NCBI GenBank assembly: GCA_964597275.1
Contig: CAZQXS010000005.1
Location: forward strand, 5,441 to 57,536
Length of the DNA stretch: 52,096 nucleotides
From: an uncultured Pseudomonadota bacterium
GTDB lineage: Bacteria > SAR324 > NAC60-12
Reading direction: 5' to 3'
Under the pieces are notes generated by a model, which was given only the letters and a program-made list of their open reading frames with translations, did no database searches and was not told where the DNA came from. Shown one piece after another: positions 1-9,335 of the stretch; position 1 is the stretch's first letter, and each line of letters starts with the position of its first letter. The position numbers and the translations under genes were made by a program.

Positions 1-24
1 TTGGCGCATGATCGCAATTTTCAT
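1..24 (-). CDS. Possible 5' end of a gene running off the window (MKIAIMRQ...), reminiscent of GT4 glycosyltransferase N-termini
   Basis: ATG at 22-24 on the minus strand, 14 nt after the hisD stop; only 8 codons are visible. Confidence 0.3.
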
Positions 25-38
25 CAGAAAACTAGACG

Positions 39-1316
39 CTACGACTCCAGCCGCACACGCACAGCGGCGGCGTGGGCGTGGAGCTGTTCTTCTTCGGCGA
101 AGCGGATGATCGCGGGACCGTCCTGCCGGAGGCGCTGCGGGGAGTAGCGCAGGATGGAACTGGTCTTGACGAAATCCGGCACGCCGAGTGGCGAGGCGAA
201 CTTGGCGCAACCGGAGGTCGGCAGCGTGTGATTGGGTCCGGCAAAGTAGTCGCCCACAGGCTCCGGGGTGTCGGCTCCCAAGAAAATCGCGCCCGCGTTG
301 CGGATTTGGGCGATGTCCTCCAGCGGATTTGGCGTGAGCAGTTCGAGGTGTTCCGGAGCGAGTTCGTTGACGACCTCAAAGGTTTCGTCCAGCGACTCCA
401 CCACGATGAGGGCGGAGCGGTGGGCAAAGGAGGCTTCGAGGATTTCCCGGCGGGGCAGGGTGGGCACGAGTTCGAGCAGACGCTGCCGCACCGCTTCGGC
501 TTGAGTCGCGGAGGTCGTGACCAAAATCGCCCCGGCTTCCGGATCGTGTTCGGCCTGCGAGAGCAAATCACGGACGAGGTATTCTGTGGGCACGTCCTCG
601 CGGTCGCAGACGATCAGGATTTCGCTCGGTCCTGCAAACGAATCAATGCCGACGATTCCGTACACCTGCCGCTTGGCCTCGGCGACGTAGGCGTTTCCGG
701 GTCCGGTGATCTTCACGACCTTCGGAATCGTTGCGGTGCCATACGCCAACGCGCCCACGGCCTGTGCGCCCCCAACGGCATAAAGCTCGTTCACGCCCAG
801 CAATGCCGCACACGCCATCACCAGTTCGTGGGGGCATCCGTCCTTGCCCGGAGGCGAAACCATCGCAATGCGCGGCACCCCGGCGACTTGCGCGGGAATC
901 ACGTTCATCAGCAACGAGGAGGGGTAGAACGCCCGTCCGCCCGGAATGTACACCCCGGCGCTGTCCACGGGCGTGACCTTCCAGCCAAGGATGGTGCCGT
1001 CCGGACTGAAATCAAGCTGGCTGTCGGTCTTCTGGCGCTCGTGAAACTGGCGGATGTTCGCCGCCGCCCGCTCCAGCACCTCCCGGAGTTCCGCATCCAC
1101 CGCAACAAGCGACTGCTGAAGCCGTGCTTCCGGAACCCGGAAGTCCTCGATCCGCACGCCATCAAAACGCTCGGTGCATTCCCGCACCGCCACATCACCG
1201 CGACGGCGGACCTCCTTGAGAATCGCCCCGACAGTTTCCGCAACATCCGGCGAGGGTTCCACGGCCCCGAAGGTTGCGCGGAATTCGTCAAACCCGTGAA
1301 AGAGCTTCACCTGCAT
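39..1316 (-). CDS. hisD: Histidinol dehydrogenase
   Basis: Motifs GVYIPGG, YPSS, GGAQA, GPGNAYV, AGPSE, SQAEHD, APEHL, GDYFAGPNHTLPT; start overlaps the smc stop (TGATG). Confidence 0.97.
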   Translation of the reverse strand: MQVKLFHGFDEFRATFGAVEPSPDVAETVGAILKEVRRRGDVAVRECTERFDGVRIEDFRVPEARLQQSLVAVDAELREVLERAAANIRQFHERQKTDSQLDFSPDGTILGWKVTPVDSAGVYIPGGRAFYPSSLLMNVIPAQVAGVPRIAMVSPPGKDGCPHELVMACAALLGVNELYAVGGAQAVGALAYGTATIPKVVKITGPGNAYVAEAKRQVYGIVGIDSFAGPSEILIVCDREDVPTEYLVRDLLSQAEHDPEAGAILVTTSATQAEAVRQRLLELVPTLPRREILEASFAHRSALIVVESLDETFEVVNELAPEHLELLTPNPLEDIAQIRNAGAIFLGADTPEPVGDYFAGPNHTLPTSGCAKFASPLGVPDFVKTSSILRYSPQRLRQDGPAIIRFAEEEQLHAHAAAVRVRLES

Positions 1317-4300
1317 CAGGCCACCATGCGTTCGGCTTCCTGAAAGTGGACCGAGACGGTTCTGGAAATGCCCGGTTCTTCCATCGTCACGCCGTAGAGC
1401 CGATCCCCCAATTCCATCGTCTTCTTGTTGTGAGTGATGATGATGAACTGCGAACCGTCCGCCAACTGCCGGATGAGGTTGTTGAAGCGCCCCACGTTGG
1501 CATCATCCAGCGGCGCGTCCACCTCGTCCAGCAGGCAGAACGGGCTAGGCTTGATGAGGAAGATGGCAAAGATCAGCGAGATCGCTGTGAGTGCCTTTTC
1601 GCCGCCAGAGAGCAGGTTGATGTTCTGGAGCTTCTTGCCCGGAGGCTGGGCCACGATATCAATGCCCGCGTCCAGCAAATCCTCGGATTCGGTCAGCACC
1701 ATCCGTGCCTCGCCTCCGCCAAAGAGCTTGGTGAAGACCTCCCCAAAATGCTCGTTGACCTGATCGAACATTTCCCGGAAGCGTCGGCGGGATTCGACGT
1801 TGATGTCGCGGATGGTGCGCTTGAGGTCGTCCGCCGCCTTCTGCAAGTCGTCGGACTGCTCCGTGAGGAACTGCAACCGCTCCACCAAGGCAGCGTGTTC
1901 GTCCGGCGCGGCGAGATTGACCGGGCCGAGCGCGTTGAGCTTGGCCTTGAGCCGCTGCACCTCGCGGGAGAGTTCGCGCACCTTCAGGGTGTCCAAATCC
2001 AGCCCCGGCACCAGCGTTGCGGGAGGCTGCTCGGTGAACTCCTGAAGCTGGGCTTCCAACTGCTCGCGCTGCATGCGGAATTCCGCCAGCTTGAGCGAGG
2101 TGTCGTGAGCCGCACTGACGGCGGTTTCCAGCGTCTTCTGCTTGGCTTGCAGGGTTTGGGTGAGTTCGTTCTGTTTCTCGGTCTGCTCGCCGTGGCGCAC
2201 GGTTTCGGAATCCAGTTCCCCCTTGAGCGTGTCCCGCGACTGCAACAGGCCGCCGAAAGAGGCATCAATCGCCTCGATGCGCTCGCGGCTTTGCGTGAGC
2301 CGACGGCTACTTTCGGACTGCCCGGATTCCAGCAATTGCAGGCGTTGGCGGGATTCGCCATGCTCCTGACGCAGGCGGACGTGCGTGGCCTCGGCGGTCT
2401 TCTGCTGCTCCATCACCTCGGTGAGCGCGACCCGCCGTTGCAGTAAATCCTCCGCTGCGTCCTCCACCCGACGGCTTTGGGACTGAATGCGCTCCTGCTG
2501 GGTTTCGGCAGTCGCCTCCAATTCCTGCCGCTCCGTTTCCAACTCTCCGAGCAGCTTGGTGGTGTTTTCGTAACGCGACTCGGCTCCGGAGATTTCCTCC
2601 TGAAGCTGCCGCAGGTCGGAGTCGAACTGCTCGGAGGTTTGCCGGGCACGGTTCAGTTCAAGCCGATGATGCTCCAGTTCCTTGGTGTGGCTGAGGACAT
2701 CGAGTTCCTGTTCGCGCTGCTCCGACTGCACCTGCTCCAGCCCCTCCTGCGTCTGGCCCCACGCCTCGCGCAGTGCTTCCTGCTGGCCCTCCTGCTCAGA
2801 AATCCCCTCGGCCAGTTCCGTGGTTTGCTGCTCCAGCGTTTCAATCTCCTGCTGGCGTGCGAGGAAGCCCAGCGAGCCTTCTTGCGACGATCCCGTTTGC
2901 ACCGTCACCTCGTCCATCCGCACACCGTCCGGCCCCATCCAAATCACGGAGCCGTCCGGCCATTCCTCCTGAAGGTGCGTCCACACGCCGGACTCGTCCA
3001 TGCGGAAGCGCTGGAAAAAGCGGGAACCCCACGCCTCCAGCAGTTCCCGGAAACTGAGGTGATCGGCCAGCGAGGTTCCCGGTAAGTTCGCGTCCGGAAC
3101 GCCGGGGAGCCGATCCAACGCCAGAAAACGCAACGAACCAAAACCCTCCTGCTGGCAAAACTCGGTGAGTCCCGGAAGCTGGGCGGACTGCTCCACCACG
3201 ATCCAGTCCAGCACCTCGGACAGCACAGGCGCGACCTGCTCCAGCCACTCCGGCTCTGTGATCAGATGATCGGCCAGCAAGCCCCGGATGCCCCACTGCT
3301 CCCGGAGTTCCGGCTGCTCGCGGAGCCGTTCCATGAACTGCCGGACGCTGTCGCTGAAGTCCTCGTACTGCCCTTGAATCTGCTGAAGCGATTCCAGCCG
3401 AGAACGCGCCGCCCCGTGCTGAAAGCGCAGTTTCCGGATGCGCTGGTCCAACTCGTCAATGTCGCTTTCCTGCTGGGAAGAGCGCAGCCCCAACTCTTCA
3501 ATCCGGGTTTCCAGCGTCGCCCGTCCCGCTTGCAGCGACTCCAGTTGCTGCTGGCTGGCGTGGGTGCGGGATTCCGCCTGACGCACCAGTTCGGCATTGG
3601 CCTCGCGCTGCTGCTGCAAACGCTGAAGCCGCTCCCGAAACTGCGTCAGCCGCTCCTCCAGAAAGTTGCGCTGGTTCGTCTGGTTCGTCAGTTCCATGTG
3701 GAGTTGGAGCAGTCGCTTCTGCAAGGACTGCAACACGCTGGTTGCTTCCTGCAAGACATCGTTCTGCTCGGCACGAACCCGCTCAATTTCGGTGACTTCG
3801 TCGGCCAGTTGGTCGCGCTTTTCGGTCAGCGTTTCAAACTGCCCGGAGGCATCCTGCACTGCGCCGTCCAGCCGAGCCAGCCGCCCCTGCAACTCCTCCA
3901 GTTCCTGCTCCTGCCGCCCCTGCTGTTCCTTGGCGTTTTCGATGGTTTGCTGTTCCAGCCGCCGCTGGTTTTCCGCCTCCTGAATCTCGCGTTCTTTCTG
4001 GAAGAGCGCTTCGCGCTTGCGGGTGAGTTGGTCGGTGCGCTGGGTTTGCTCCAGACTGAGGCGTTGCAGATCGGCCTCCACCACAGACTTCTCGGTCTGC
4101 AAATCCTGCTGACGCTGCTGCGCTTCGGCAACTTTGGCCCCCAGCTTTTCCTCCTGAAGCCCCACCTCGTGCCAGCGCAACACGATCAGGTTCTGCTCGG
4201 TTTCCCGGCACTGGGCCTGAAGGTCGAGATAGGTCTGCGCATTCTCAACGTGTTCCCGGAGCCCTTCCTCGCGGTCCTGCAACTCGCCCAGCACATCGTT

Positions 4301-4885
4301 GACGCGCAGCAGGTTTTGGCCCGTCTCTTCCAGACGACGCTCGGCGGCCTGCCGCTTGGTGCGGAACTTGACGATTCCGGCAGCGTCATCAATGAGGGTG
4401 CGGCGATCGGCGGGCTTGGCGCTGACAATCTCCCCAACACGCCCCTGCTCCACAATCGAATAGCCCGTGCCCCCAATGCCCGTGTCCATGAACAACTCCC
4501 GGATGTCCATGAGGCGCACCGGAGTCTTGTTGATCATGTACACGCTTTCGCCAGAGCGGTAGAGGCGGCGCGTGACGGCGATTTCGGAATATTCGTTGAG
4601 ACGGGGCAGGGCGTCCCCGGTGGGATTGGCAAAGGTGAGTGTCACCTCTGCCATGCCGAGCGGCTTTTGAAACGCGGACCCGGAGAAGATGACATCCTCC
4701 ATCGAACCGCCGCGCAAGTGCTTGGGGCGCTGCTCCCCCAACACCCAGCGGATCGCATCCACCACGTTGCTCTTGCCGCACCCGTTGGGGCCAACGACCA
4801 CGGTGGTGCCGTGTTCGGTGAAGCCCATCTCCACCGTATGACAAAAGGACTTGAAGCCGGAAACTTTCAGGCTTTTGATCCGCAT
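1316..4885 (-). CDS. smc: Chromosome segregation protein SMC
   Basis: GFKSF, Walker A GPNGCGKSN, Q-loop EQG, long coiled coils with a central hinge, signature LSGGEK, Walker B/D-loop LLDEVDAPLD; 1189 aa. Confidence 0.97.
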   Translation of the reverse strand: MRIKSLKVSGFKSFCHTVEMGFTEHGTTVVVGPNGCGKSNVVDAIRWVLGEQRPKHLRGGSMEDVIFSGSAFQKPLGMAEVTLTFANPTGDALPRLNEYSEIAVTRRLYRSGESVYMINKTPVRLMDIRELFMDTGIGGTGYSIVEQGRVGEIVSAKPADRRTLIDDAAGIVKFRTKRQAAERRLEETGQNLLRVNDVLGELQDREEGLREHVENAQTYLDLQAQCRETEQNLIVLRWHEVGLQEEKLGAKVAEAQQRQQDLQTEKSVVEADLQRLSLEQTQRTDQLTRKREALFQKEREIQEAENQRRLEQQTIENAKEQQGRQEQELEELQGRLARLDGAVQDASGQFETLTEKRDQLADEVTEIERVRAEQNDVLQEATSVLQSLQKRLLQLHMELTNQTNQRNFLEERLTQFRERLQRLQQQREANAELVRQAESRTHASQQQLESLQAGRATLETRIEELGLRSSQQESDIDELDQRIRKLRFQHGAARSRLESLQQIQGQYEDFSDSVRQFMERLREQPELREQWGIRGLLADHLITEPEWLEQVAPVLSEVLDWIVVEQSAQLPGLTEFCQQEGFGSLRFLALDRLPGVPDANLPGTSLADHLSFRELLEAWGSRFFQRFRMDESGVWTHLQEEWPDGSVIWMGPDGVRMDEVTVQTGSSQEGSLGFLARQQEIETLEQQTTELAEGISEQEGQQEALREAWGQTQEGLEQVQSEQREQELDVLSHTKELEHHRLELNRARQTSEQFDSDLRQLQEEISGAESRYENTTKLLGELETERQELEATAETQQERIQSQSRRVEDAAEDLLQRRVALTEVMEQQKTAEATHVRLRQEHGESRQRLQLLESGQSESSRRLTQSRERIEAIDASFGGLLQSRDTLKGELDSETVRHGEQTEKQNELTQTLQAKQKTLETAVSAAHDTSLKLAEFRMQREQLEAQLQEFTEQPPATLVPGLDLDTLKVRELSREVQRLKAKLNALGPVNLAAPDEHAALVERLQFLTEQSDDLQKAADDLKRTIRDINVESRRRFREMFDQVNEHFGEVFTKLFGGGEARMVLTESEDLLDAGIDIVAQPPGKKLQNINLLSGGEKALTAISLIFAIFLIKPSPFCLLDEVDAPLDDANVGRFNNLIRQLADGSQFIIITHNKKTMELGDRLYGVTMEEPGISRTVSVHFQEAERMVA

Positions 4886-4905
4886 GACTTCCCTGTCGCT
4901 GGACC

Positions 4906-4976
4906 GTTTGGTTAGGTGTTTAGGCGGTAGCTGTTTAGGCTGTAGGCTGTAGGGGTTTAGGCCGTAGGCGTTTAGG
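4906..4976 (+). repeat. Left heptamer array (about 9 GTTTAGG/CTGTAGG-type units), inverted relative to the array at 5332-5414
   Basis: gttagg t gtttagg cggtagc t gtttagg ctgtagg ctgtagg g gtttagg ccgtagg c gtttagg read directly; the last unit contains the TAA stop of the four-helix-bundle gene. Confidence 0.95.
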
Positions 4977-5328
4977 ATTTTCGCAGGGAGCGGATCAGGG
5001 AGCCAAGCACTTTCTCAGCCTCTACCAACTTCTGCTCAAAAGGAGCCGCCTCTGGCGTTTGCAGATACCCCAAACGCGAGGACAATCCCGTTTGGTAGTG
5101 CAGTTCTCTTAGCGAACCAAACGCGATCTCAAGAAAACGGACGTACTCCGCCTGACTTTCTCTCGCACAGCCTTCAACAATGTTCGAGGGCACGGAAACC
5201 GCCGCTCTTCTCATTTGAGAAGTCAGCCCATACACTTCGCCCTTGGGGAAGCTTCGGGTGAGGGCATAGGTCAACATCGCCACCTCATCTGCCAGTTCAA
5301 ATGCCCGGAGTTTCGTATGATCCCGCAC
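4972..5328 (-). CDS. Four helix bundle protein (23S rRNA intervening-sequence protein / TIGR02436 family)
   Basis: 118 aa, GTG start; family-typical FP..E.YGLTSQMRRAAVSVPSNIVEG.AR and FL.IA.GSL.EL. Confidence 0.92.
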   Translation of the reverse strand: MRDHTKLRAFELADEVAMLTYALTRSFPKGEVYGLTSQMRRAAVSVPSNIVEGCARESQAEYVRFLEIAFGSLRELHYQTGLSSRLGYLQTPEAAPFEQKLVEAEKVLGSLIRSLRKS

Positions 5329-5331
5329 AAT

Positions 5332-5414
5332 CCCCTACAGCCTAAACCCCCACAGCCTACAGCCTAAACCCCTACAGCCTAAACCCCTACAGCCTACAGC
5401 CTAAACTCCTAAAA
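5332..5414 (-). repeat. Right heptamer array (11 CCTACAG/CCTAAAC-type units on the plus strand)
   Basis: cc cctacag cctaaac c cccacag cctacag cctaaac c cctacag cctaaac c cctacag cctacag cctaaac t cctaaaa; 5377-5406 is the exact reverse complement of 4933-4962. Confidence 0.95.
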
Positions 5415-5921
5415 CGGAATGTCGTCCTTGATGAAATCATCATCGGGGTTGGACCGCTGTGGCGCATTGCTCCCGTAGTCGGCTCTTCCGCCGCCACTGC
5501 CACCGCTGGCTCCTCCCTCATTCCTGGGGGCCTGCTGATTCGCAGAGCGTCCCTGTCCCCCGCCGTAGCCGCCGGAGTCGCCATCGGACTGGCGGGATTC
5601 GAGAAACTGGATTCCGGTGGCCACGACTTCGGTACGATAGCGTTTCTGCCCCTGCTGGTCCTCCCAGCTTCGAGTTTGCAGACGGCCTTCGATGTACACC
5701 GAACGCCCTTTTTTCAGATAGTTCTGAGCCAGATCGGCCAAGCGGTCAAAGGCGACAATGTCGTGCCACTCGGTCTTTTCCTGCCGATTGCCCTGCTTGT
5801 CGGTCCAGCGATCCGTGGTCGCCAGCGAGAAATTCGCCACCGCGCTGCCTGCTTGCGTGTAGCGGATTTCCGGATCCTTGCCGAGATTGCCAATCAGCAT
5901 CACCTTGTTCAAACTTCCCAT
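5409..5921 (-). CDS. ssb: Single-stranded DNA-binding protein
   Basis: [31 protein letters not shown], Gly-rich linker, C-terminal DDIPF. Confidence 0.97.
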   Translation of the reverse strand: MGSLNKVMLIGNLGKDPEIRYTQAGSAVANFSLATTDRWTDKQGNRQEKTEWHDIVAFDRLADLAQNYLKKGRSVYIEGRLQTRSWEDQQGQKRYRTEVVATGIQFLESRQSDGDSGGYGGGQGRSANQQAPRNEGGASGGSGGGRADYGSNAPQRSNPDDDFIKDDIPF

Positions 5922-5958
5922 ACGTCCTCTTTCAGTTTCGAGTAAATCGTGCCTTGTT

Positions 5959-6576
5959 CTAACGCAGTGGCGTCAATAAGGAAAGTGCTTTTTTGATTCG
6001 GACCTCAAAAGACTGCTCGCCATTGCCGACCTGCCGCAACACCGGAAGGATTTCGCGCTCGGCGTAGCCCATGTTCTTGAGGGCCGAAAGCACCTCGTCA
6101 GTATCCGGTTTTTCGCCGGGCAATTCAAATGCCGCCACGCTCTCCATCGCCACTTCCAGCCCCGGAACGGGATGTTTCTTGAGCTGGTCCCGCATGTCGA
6201 GGCAGAGTTTGGCGGCGGTCTTCTTGCCAATGCCCGGAACCTGAGCGAAGCGGTTGGCGTTGCCCTGCTGCACGGAGCTGATCAACTCCTGCGGCGGCAT
6301 CACCGAAAGCACTCCCAGTGCCATCTTTGGCCCCACCCCGGAGGTCCGGATGAGCAGGTCAAACAAGTGCCGCTCGGCGGTGGAGGCAAAGCCGTAGAGC
6401 GAAATCTCGTCCTCCCGGACCTGCGTGTGGACGTGCAGCACCACCTCGTCTCCGGTCTTCAGTCGGGACAGCAACGGCTGCGGGATGTTGGCGGCATAGC
6501 CCACGCCGGAGAGGGTTTTCACGACCACCACTCCAGAATCGGCGGACAGCACCTGTCCTTCGAGATACGCGATCAT
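5959..6576 (-). CDS. ruvA: Holliday junction branch migration protein RuvA
   Basis: [22 protein letters not shown], HhH motifs SGVGPK and VPGIGKKTA. Confidence 0.95.
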   Translation of the reverse strand: MIAYLEGQVLSADSGVVVVKTLSGVGYAANIPQPLLSRLKTGDEVVLHVHTQVREDEISLYGFASTAERHLFDLLIRTSGVGPKMALGVLSVMPPQELISSVQQGNANRFAQVPGIGKKTAAKLCLDMRDQLKKHPVPGLEVAMESVAAFELPGEKPDTDEVLSALKNMGYAEREILPVLRQVGNGEQSFEVRIKKALSLLTPLR

Positions 6577-6597
6577 TGTGGACTTGCTCCCTTGGGT

Positions 6598-7095
6598 TCA
6601 GACTCGGATGCGGTAGTTCGGAGCCATGTGCGCGTGCGTGATGGCTACCGCCAGCGCATCGGCCTCGTCTTCCTGCAAGGTTCCTTGGTGGTTGAGGAGG
6701 ATGCGCACCATGTGCTGCACCTGAGCCTTTTCGGCGCGTCCCACGCCCACAATCGCCTGCTTGATCTGGGTGGGGGAGTATTCGTGAATCGGCACCCCCT
6801 GCGCGGCAAACTGCAAGAGCGCCACACCCCGGACGTGTCCCAGCACAATCGCGGTGCGCGGACTGTGCGCAAAAAAGACTTCCTCCACCACCCCACAGTG
6901 CGGCTGGTGTTGCTGGATCAGGGCTTGTAGCGTTTCTGCAATTTCCAGCAACCGCTCCGGCAGCGGACGTTTGCGGTCCAGCTTGAGGAAGCCGCTGGCC
7001 AGATGGCGGCTGCGGCCTTGGGCGTGTTCGATCACACCCCATCCGGTTTTGCCGCTACCGGGATCCACCCCCAGGATGCGCAGTGCCTCAGCCAA
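6598..7095 (-). CDS. ruvC: Crossover junction endodeoxyribonuclease RuvC
   Basis: ILGVDPG, EEVF, IKQAIVGVGRAEKAQV, DEADALAVAITH; TTG start. Confidence 0.95.
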   Translation of the reverse strand: MAEALRILGVDPGSGKTGWGVIEHAQGRSRHLASGFLKLDRKRPLPERLLEIAETLQALIQQHQPHCGVVEEVFFAHSPRTAIVLGHVRGVALLQFAAQGVPIHEYSPTQIKQAIVGVGRAEKAQVQHMVRILLNHQGTLQEDEADALAVAITHAHMAPNYRIRV

Positions 7096-7840
7096 GTTGC
7101 GCGATCACGTCTTCGCTGACATCAAAGTTGGAGTGGACGCTTTGCACATCATCATCGTCCTCCAGCATGTCAATCAGCCGGATCACCTGCTCGGCCTTCT
7201 TGGGATCGTCAATCTCCACCCGGTTCTGCGGATTCCAGACCATGCCTGCCGAGCGCATGTCCACGTCCTGCTCCTCCAAAAAACTGCGAACCCCCTCGCA
7301 TTCTTCGGGAGTGGTCAGCACCCGGAATTCTTCCGCATCGTCGGTTTCGATGTCGTCTGCCCCCGCGTCCAGCACGAGTTCGGTGAGCCGATCTTCGTCA
7401 ATCGCGTCCTTGCCAATGCGGATTTCCCCAATGCGGTCGAACATGTACTGCACGGAATTGGTGGTGCCGAGGTTGCCTCCGTTCTTGGAAAAGGCATGGC
7501 GCACCGAGGCGATGGTGCGGTTGCGGTTGTCCGTCATGGCCTCCACGATGACGGCCACGTTGTGGGGTCCGTAGCCTTCGTAGAGGATTTCCTCGAACTG
7601 CTCGCCGTCCAGTTCCCCGGAGCCTTTCTTGACGGCCCGTTCGATGTTGTCCTTGGGCATTCCGCTGGAACGCGCATTCGCCATCGCCGCCCGCAGCCGG
7701 GGGTTCGCGTCCGGATCACCGCCGCCCATGCGTGCGGCCACCGTGAGCTCCTTGATGAGCTTGGTGAAAATCTTGCCGCGCTTGGCGTCCTGCGCGGACT
7801 TGCGGTGCTGAATGTTCTTCCACTTGCTGTGTCCAGCCAT
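7088..7840 (-). CDS. yebC: YebC/PmpR family protein
   Basis: MAGHSKW, NPRLR, MPKDNIERA, YEGYGP, TDNRNRT, DDVQSVHSN. Confidence 0.96.
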   Translation of the reverse strand: MAGHSKWKNIQHRKSAQDAKRGKIFTKLIKELTVAARMGGGDPDANPRLRAAMANARSSGMPKDNIERAVKKGSGELDGEQFEEILYEGYGPHNVAVIVEAMTDNRNRTIASVRHAFSKNGGNLGTTNSVQYMFDRIGEIRIGKDAIDEDRLTELVLDAGADDIETDDAEEFRVLTTPEECEGVRSFLEEQDVDMRSAGMVWNPQNRVEIDDPKKAEQVIRLIDMLEDDDDVQSVHSNFDVSEDVIAQLG

Positions 7841-7849
7841 GCTTCTCTC

Positions 7850-9211
7850 TTAGTTGGGTTCGACGATCCGGCCCACCAGATCATAGGCGTGGGCGTCGGT
7901 GATTTCAACATGATGAAACGATCCGGGACGTGCGTTGCCTTCGTTGATGTACACCACTCCGTCCACCTCCGGTCCCTGAAATTCGGCGCGTCCTTGCAGG
8001 AGCAAATCCGTTTCCTCGCTGTAGCCATCCACCAAAACGCGCACGGGCTGTCCAACGCGACGCTGGTTGTGCTGGAGGCTGATCGCCTGCTGTGCGGCCA
8101 TGAGCTGCTTGCGGCGCTGGCGCTTGACGGTGTTCGGCACCGGATCGCCCCACTTCGCCGAGCGGATGTTGTCCTCGTGCGAGTAGGTAAACACGCCCAC
8201 ATGCTGAAAATGCCCCTCCTGCACAAACTCCAGTAGTTCTGCAAAATCCGCTTCGGTTTCGGTGGGGAAGCCCACGATGAAGGTCGTGCGCCACGCCACG
8301 TCCGGAAGGTAGCTGCGGATGAGCTGCATCCGATCTTCGATTTCCCGGCGCGTGATCTTGCGGTTCATGCGCTTGAGCACGGCATCGCTGACGTGCTGGA
8401 AGGGCATGTCGAGGTAGCGGCAAAAGCGCGAATCCGCCGCCATGACTTCCAGCGTCTCCTCCGTGAAGGTGTTCGGGTAGCAGTAGAACATCCGCACCCA
8501 AAAATCGCCATCCAAGCCGGAAATCGAGCGCAACAAGGCCGCGAGGTCGGTGGGATCGTCTCGAAAATCCCGCCCGTAAGAGGACGTGTCCTGCGAAATC
8601 AGGTTGATCTCCCGGACGCCTTTGGCGACCAAGCCCTGGATTTCGTCGGTGACGGTCTGGACGGTGCGGCTGCTGAAGCCCCCGCGCAAGTACGGGATGT
8701 TGCAGAAGGTGCACATGTTGGAGCAGCCCTCGGCGATTTTCACATAGGCAAAATGCCGGGGTGTGCTTTGCAGACGCTCCTGCTGTTCGTAGTGTGTGTA
8801 GTGGGGTTTTTTCGAGAGGAACACCTGCGGATGCTGCGGATGCTCATACATCGCGTTGATGAGTTCCGGCATGCGCTCGAAACCATGCGAGCCGAGCAGG
8901 CCGTCCAGTTCTGGAATCTCCTGCGAGAGTTCCTCGCGGTAACGCTGGGTGAGGCATCCGGTCGCCACGAGCTTTTCGCAACTTCCGGAGGATTTCTGGT
9001 CGCTCAGTTCAAGGATGCGGTTGACCGACTCCTCGCTGGCGGCGGTCAGGAAGCCGCAGGTGTTGACCACGATCACCTCCGCGTCCTGTTCGGACTCCAC
9101 CAGCTCGTGCCCAGCCTGTGCGAGGTGGGCGAGCATGACCTCGGAATCCACTCGGTTCTTGGAGCAACCGAGGGTTTCCAGATAAACGCGCTTGGAGGCG
9201 ACGGCTGTCAT
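7850..9211 (-). CDS. rimO: Ribosomal protein S12 methylthiotransferase RimO
   Basis: LGCSKNRVDSE, VNTCGF, radical SAM motif GCSNMCTFC, IVGFPTETE, TRAM domain with GPEVDG. Confidence 0.93.
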   Translation of the reverse strand: MTAVASKRVYLETLGCSKNRVDSEVMLAHLAQAGHELVESEQDAEVIVVNTCGFLTAASEESVNRILELSDQKSSGSCEKLVATGCLTQRYREELSQEIPELDGLLGSHGFERMPELINAMYEHPQHPQVFLSKKPHYTHYEQQERLQSTPRHFAYVKIAEGCSNMCTFCNIPYLRGGFSSRTVQTVTDEIQGLVAKGVREINLISQDTSSYGRDFRDDPTDLAALLRSISGLDGDFWVRMFYCYPNTFTEETLEVMAADSRFCRYLDMPFQHVSDAVLKRMNRKITRREIEDRMQLIRSYLPDVAWRTTFIVGFPTETEADFAELLEFVQEGHFQHVGVFTYSHEDNIRSAKWGDPVPNTVKRQRRKQLMAAQQAISLQHNQRRVGQPVRVLVDGYSEETDLLLQGRAEFQGPEVDGVVYINEGNARPGSFHHVEITDAHAYDLVGRIVEPN

Positions 9212-9263
9212 GGAATGTGAACGGGCACCGTCTTGAACGAGGCTCGTTGCAAAAGGGGTGAGC

Positions 9264-9283
9264 GCCTGCCGCTTTGGGCAGGC
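9264..9283 (-). terminator. Possible hairpin downstream of rplQ
   Basis: GCCTGCC-6nt-GGCAGGC inverted repeat; only a weak and displaced U-tract. Confidence 0.3.
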
Positions 9284-9335
9284 AGGGAGTCATGGTTCCA
9301 GAGCTGGACTCCGGAGGTAATCCGTGCTGGCAGAG

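Noticed and set aside
4906-5414. Heptamer arrays as a CRISPR array, or the cassette as a DGR or classical IS
   Set aside because: The units are 7-8 nt with no unique spacers and there are no cas genes. No reverse transcriptase, template/variable repeat pair or transposase was seen in the window.
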